Source: Gammaproteobacteria bacterium (GTDB lineage Bacteria; Pseudomonadota; Gammaproteobacteria; WOZS01). Taken from it: a stretch of DNA of 64,000 nt. The translations under genes and the position numbers were made by a program. This document shows, piece by piece, positions 61,118 to 64,000 of this stretch (position 1 is its first letter; each line of letters begins with the position of its first letter). Below the pieces are notes generated by a model that was not told where the DNA came from, searched no databases, and saw nothing but the letters and a program-made list of their open reading frames with translations. The DNA lies in assembly GCA_011620135.1 (NCBI GenBank), contig WOZS01000014.1, forward strand, positions 130-64,129, in the 5' to 3' direction.

Positions 61118-62044
61118 ATGGTTGCTTTGGCGCGCTGGTCCCTGCAGGGGCTACCCCAGGCGTTGGGCGTCATCATCCTTTTTGGCGGCCTGGGCATGCT
61201 GATCGGTCCCCTGTTCCATTGCCTGGGCGGAGCCATCGCGCTTCTCTATGCCCTGCAGCGTGGCCTGCGGCCAGCCATACAACTGGTGGCGCTGGCCATG
61301 GGCTGGTTCGTGCTCATCGACTGGCTGGTCTTTGGCGGCCTGGGCCAAGCCAGCCTGCTGGCGGCCCTGACCTGGCTGCCCATGCCGCTGCTGGCCCTGG
61401 CCATCCATCGCGGCGATGCCCTGCAGCATGGCCTGTATGGCGCCAGTGCGCTGGCGGCCTTGGCGGTGGTGATGGTGTTTGTGATCCTGGGTGATCCTGC
61501 GCCCTGGTGGGAAAAGATGCTGACCGCCCAACTCCAGGGTGCGCCCTTCCACAAGCTCTGGCAGGAACTCAAGACCGATCCCGCCTCCCTGGCGGCCCTG
61601 GTGGCCCCATGGCTGTCCGGCGTGCTCGCGGCCTGCTGGTCCGTGCTGCTGGCGTTGAGTGCCCTGCTTGCCAGGGCTTGGCAGGCGGGCTTGATGCGTC
61701 CGGGTTTTTTCAGGACCGAGTTTCTCGGGCTGCACAATGGCGTGGTTCTGACGGTACTCCTGGGCCTGTGCGCCCTGCTCGGCATGGTCTCGCCCTTTTT
61801 CCTGACGCTCTGCGGACCCCTGGCCGCCCTCTTTTTCTATCAGGGGCTTGCGGTGGTGCATGCCATGGCTGCCTTGCTGCGCTCGGGGGGGGTGTGGCTC
61901 GCCTTGTTTTATATCCTGCTCATTTTCATGTTGCCCCAAGTGGTGATCGTGTTGATCATGCTGGGTTGCCTGGATAACTTCGTGGGCTTTCGCAAAAGAG
62001 CCGGCCATCAACAGGCCAACAAGCCGGACAACCCTGGACCATGA
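61118..62044 (+). CDS. conserved hypothetical polytopic inner-membrane protein located between rpsR and rplI
   Basis: 308 aa with about 8 hydrophobic segments. Codon usage matches its neighbours. A membrane-protein gene occupies the same position (rpsR..rplI-dnaB) in some other bacteria. No motif is recognised. Confidence 0.55.
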   Translation: MVALARWSLQGLPQALGVIILFGGLGMLIGPLFHCLGGAIALLYALQRGLRPAIQLVALAMGWFVLIDWLVFGGLGQASLLAALTWLPMPLLALAIHRGDALQHGLYGASALAALAVVMVFVILGDPAPWWEKMLTAQLQGAPFHKLWQELKTDPASLAALVAPWLSGVLAACWSVLLALSALLARAWQAGLMRPGFFRTEFLGLHNGVVLTVLLGLCALLGMVSPFFLTLCGPLAALFFYQGLAVVHAMAALLRSGGVWLALFYILLIFMLPQVVIVLIMLGCLDNFVGFRKRAGHQQANKPDNPGP

Positions 62045-62163
62045 AGCGGCGCCTCATTGTTGCCGTGTACAATCTCATAAGGAACTCATAAGGAAACCAG
62101 AGGCTCCCCCAGGGGCGCCCTTTGATAGACCATTGATAGACATATAGACATAAGGAGAATGTG

Positions 62164-62616
62164 ATGGATGTCATCCTGCTCGATGCGGTCCATAATCTGG
62201 GCCGACTTGGCGACCGGGTTTCGGTCAAGCCAGGCTATGCCAGAAATTATCTCATCCCCCAGGGCAAGGCGGTGCGCGCCACCCCAAAAATGATCGAATC
62301 CTTCGAGCAGCGCCGCGCCGAGTTGGAAGCCCAGTCGGCGGCCCGCAAGGAGCAGGCCGCAACCAGGCGCGCCGCCCTGGATCAGGTGGTGGTGCGCCTG
62401 TCTGCCCGGGCCATCGGCGACGAACAGCGGCTCTACGGCTCCATCACCGCCACCGATGTGATCCATGCCGCCAAGGCCCAGGGCATCACGCTGGAGCGCA
62501 GTGAGCTGCGGCTGCCCAACGGCCCCATCCGCGAGCTGGGCGAGCATCGTTTGCAGGTGCATCTCTATACCGATGTGGAGGCCGTCATCACGGTGTTGGT
62601 GGAAAAACAGCTCTAG
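62164..62616 (+). CDS. rplI: 50S ribosomal protein L9
   Basis: MDVILLDAVHNLGRLGDRVSVKPGYARNYLIPQGKAVRAT is the L9 N-terminus. 150 aa. Confidence 0.95.
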   Translation: MDVILLDAVHNLGRLGDRVSVKPGYARNYLIPQGKAVRATPKMIESFEQRRAELEAQSAARKEQAATRRAALDQVVVRLSARAIGDEQRLYGSITATDVIHAAKAQGITLERSELRLPNGPIRELGEHRLQVHLYTDVEAVITVLVEKQL

Positions 62617-62619
62617 GCC

Positions 62620-64000
62620 ATGGCCAGCAGAACCCCGACACCGGCAGTACGCCTGCCGCCCCATTCCCTGGAGGCCGAACAGGCCCTGCTTGGTGGCCTC
62701 ATGCTGGAAGAGGCCCATTTTTTCGAGATCGCCGACCAGCTCCAGGAGGATGACTTCTACCGAAGCGAGCATCGCTTGATCTTTCGGGCCATGCAGGAGC
62801 TCTCGGAGCGCCACAAGACCATCGATGTGATTACGGTCTCCGAACGCCTCAAGGCCGCCGGGCAGCTGGAGCAGAGTGGTGGCCTGGTGTATCTCGCCAC
62901 ATTGGCCCGTGAGGCGCCCGGGGTCACCAACCTGCGCGGTTATGCCGAGATCATCCGTAACCGGGGGCTGTTGCGCCACATGATGGAGCTCGGCAGCCGC
63001 TTCAGCACGGAAGCCCTGGACTGGGGCGATAGCGATGCCGTGGAATTGCTGGATCGCATGGAGCAGGAGCTCTTTGCCCTGGGCGACCACAGCCAGAAGC
63101 GCCGCAGCGCTTTTGCCAGCATCGGTGAACTGCTGGGTGTCGCCATGCAGCGCATCGACACCCTGTACCAGGCAGGAGGAGACGCGGTCACGGGCCTGGC
63201 CACGGGTTTCACCGAACTGGACGCGCTGACCGCGGGGCTGCATGCCGGTGAACTGATCATCCTGGCTGGCCGGCCTTCCATGGGCAAGACCAGCTTCGGC
63301 ATGAACATGGTGGAGCACATCGCCCTGCGCCACAAGGCGCCGTGTGCCATCTTCAGCATGGAGATGCCCGGCGAGCAACTGGCGTTGCGCCTCATCGCCT
63401 CCCTGGGGCGCATCGAGCAGAACAAGATCCGTACCGGTCAGCTCCAGGACGAGGACTGGGACCGCATCACCTCGGCGGTGAGCCTGCTCATGGATGCGCC
63501 CATTTTCATCGACGATACAGCGGCCCTCTCTCCCATGGAGCTGCGCGCCCGGGCAAGGCGCCTCAAGCGCGAGCGGGGCCTCGGGCTGGTCCTGGTGGAC
63601 TACCTGCAGCTGATGCGCATTCCGGGCACCCGGGAGAACCGCACCAACGAGATCTCGGAGATCTCCCGCAGCCTCAAGTCGCTGGCCAAGGAACTCAGCG
63701 TGCCGGTGGTGGCGTTGTCCCAACTCAACCGCAACCTGGAATCCCGCCCGGACAAGCGGCCTGTGATGTCTGATCTTCGCGAATCGGGCGGCATCGAGCA
63801 GGATGCCGATGTGATCGCCTTCATTTACCGTGACGAGGTCTACAATCCCGAATCGCCGGAAAAGGGCATTGCCGAGATTCGCCTGGCCAAGCAGCGCAAT
63901 GGTCCCACCGGCGTGTTCAAGACCACCTTCCTGGGGACCTATACCCGCTTCGAGAACTTCGCCCCCGAAAGCATCATGATGACCGAGGCCGCCTTTCCCT
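62620..64000 (+). CDS. dnaB: replicative DNA helicase DnaB, 5' partial (runs off the window end)
   Basis: Manual translation from ATG 62620 is open to the window end. LPPHSLEAEQALLGGLML is the DnaB N-terminus. Walker A GRPSMGKTSFGMNM, Walker B LVLVDYLQLM, and the arginine finger region are present. No intein insertion is seen. The ORF is absent from the six-frame track because it is unterminated. Confidence 0.93.
   Translation, partial: MASRTPTPAVRLPPHSLEAEQALLGGLMLEEAHFFEIADQLQEDDFYRSEHRLIFRAMQELSERHKTIDVITVSERLKAAGQLEQSGGLVYLATLAREAPGVTNLRGYAEIIRNRGLLRHMMELGSRFSTEALDWGDSDAVELLDRMEQELFALGDHSQKRRSAFASIGELLGVAMQRIDTLYQAGGDAVTGLATGFTELDALTAGLHAGELIILAGRPSMGKTSFGMNMVEHIALRHKAPCAIFSMEMPGEQLALRLIASLGRIEQNKIRTGQLQDEDWDRITSAVSLLMDAPIFIDDTAALSPMELRARARRLKRERGLGLVLVDYLQLMRIPGTRENRTNEISEISRSLKSLAKELSVPVVALSQLNRNLESRPDKRPVMSDLRESGGIEQDADVIAFIYRDEVYNPESPEKGIAEIRLAKQRNGPTGVFKTTFLGTYTRFENFAPESIMMTEAAFP

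Noticed and set aside
61151-63723. Minus-strand ORFs (61151..62011, 62086..63723) opposite the membrane protein, rplI and dnaB
   Set aside because: These lie antisense to ribosomal and helicase genes. Their translations are Gln/His/Gly-rich and low-complexity.
62620-64000. Possible intein or insertion in dnaB
   Set aside because: Manual translation is colinear with DnaB through Walker A/B to near the C-terminus with no insertion. The ORF simply runs off the window.

Overview
Scope: this is a high-GC (about 63-65% by eye) proteobacterial chromosomal segment, densely packed on both strands with core housekeeping genes. Codon usage is uniform, and no transposase, integrase, phage gene, CRISPR array, rRNA or tRNA was found. 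Gene order: partial ispA and xseB (-); dnaA and dnaN (+) with a DnaA-box cluster between them; ppx (-); glgE (+); an Xps-type type II secretion operon gspE-F-G-H-I-J-K-L-M plus a short GspC/XpsN-like gene (-), with no gspD secretin and no gspO peptidase in the window; gshB and gshA (-); a secreted hypothetical (-); a TAT-exported two-subunit molybdenum hydroxylase (+); an aminotransferase (+) convergent with and overlapping cysB (-); a periplasmic-sensor diguanylate cyclase (+); dapE, dapD, glnD, map (-); the conserved block rpsB-tsf-pyrH-frr-uppS-cdsA-dxr-rseP-bamA-skp-lpxD-fabZ-lpxA (+); a large Amt (ammonium transporter)-PAS-GGDEF-EAL fusion protein (+) where lpxB would be expected; putA (+); a tandem TerD-domain protein, ygfZ, an MFS transporter, a HAD hydrolase, gatB, gatA, gatC (-); mreB, mreC, mreD (+); rpsF, rpsR, a conserved membrane protein, rplI and the 5' part of dnaB (+). 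The most unusual element is the Amt-domain c-di-GMP signalling fusion, whose EAL domain looks catalytically degenerate. Other points worth a second look are the gspD-less T2SS cluster, the dnaA-dnaN DnaA-box cluster with a divergent xseB promoter region, the tandem TerD protein, a 36-bp in-frame tandem duplication in the rpsF acidic tail, and several breaks of otherwise conserved gene neighbourhoods.
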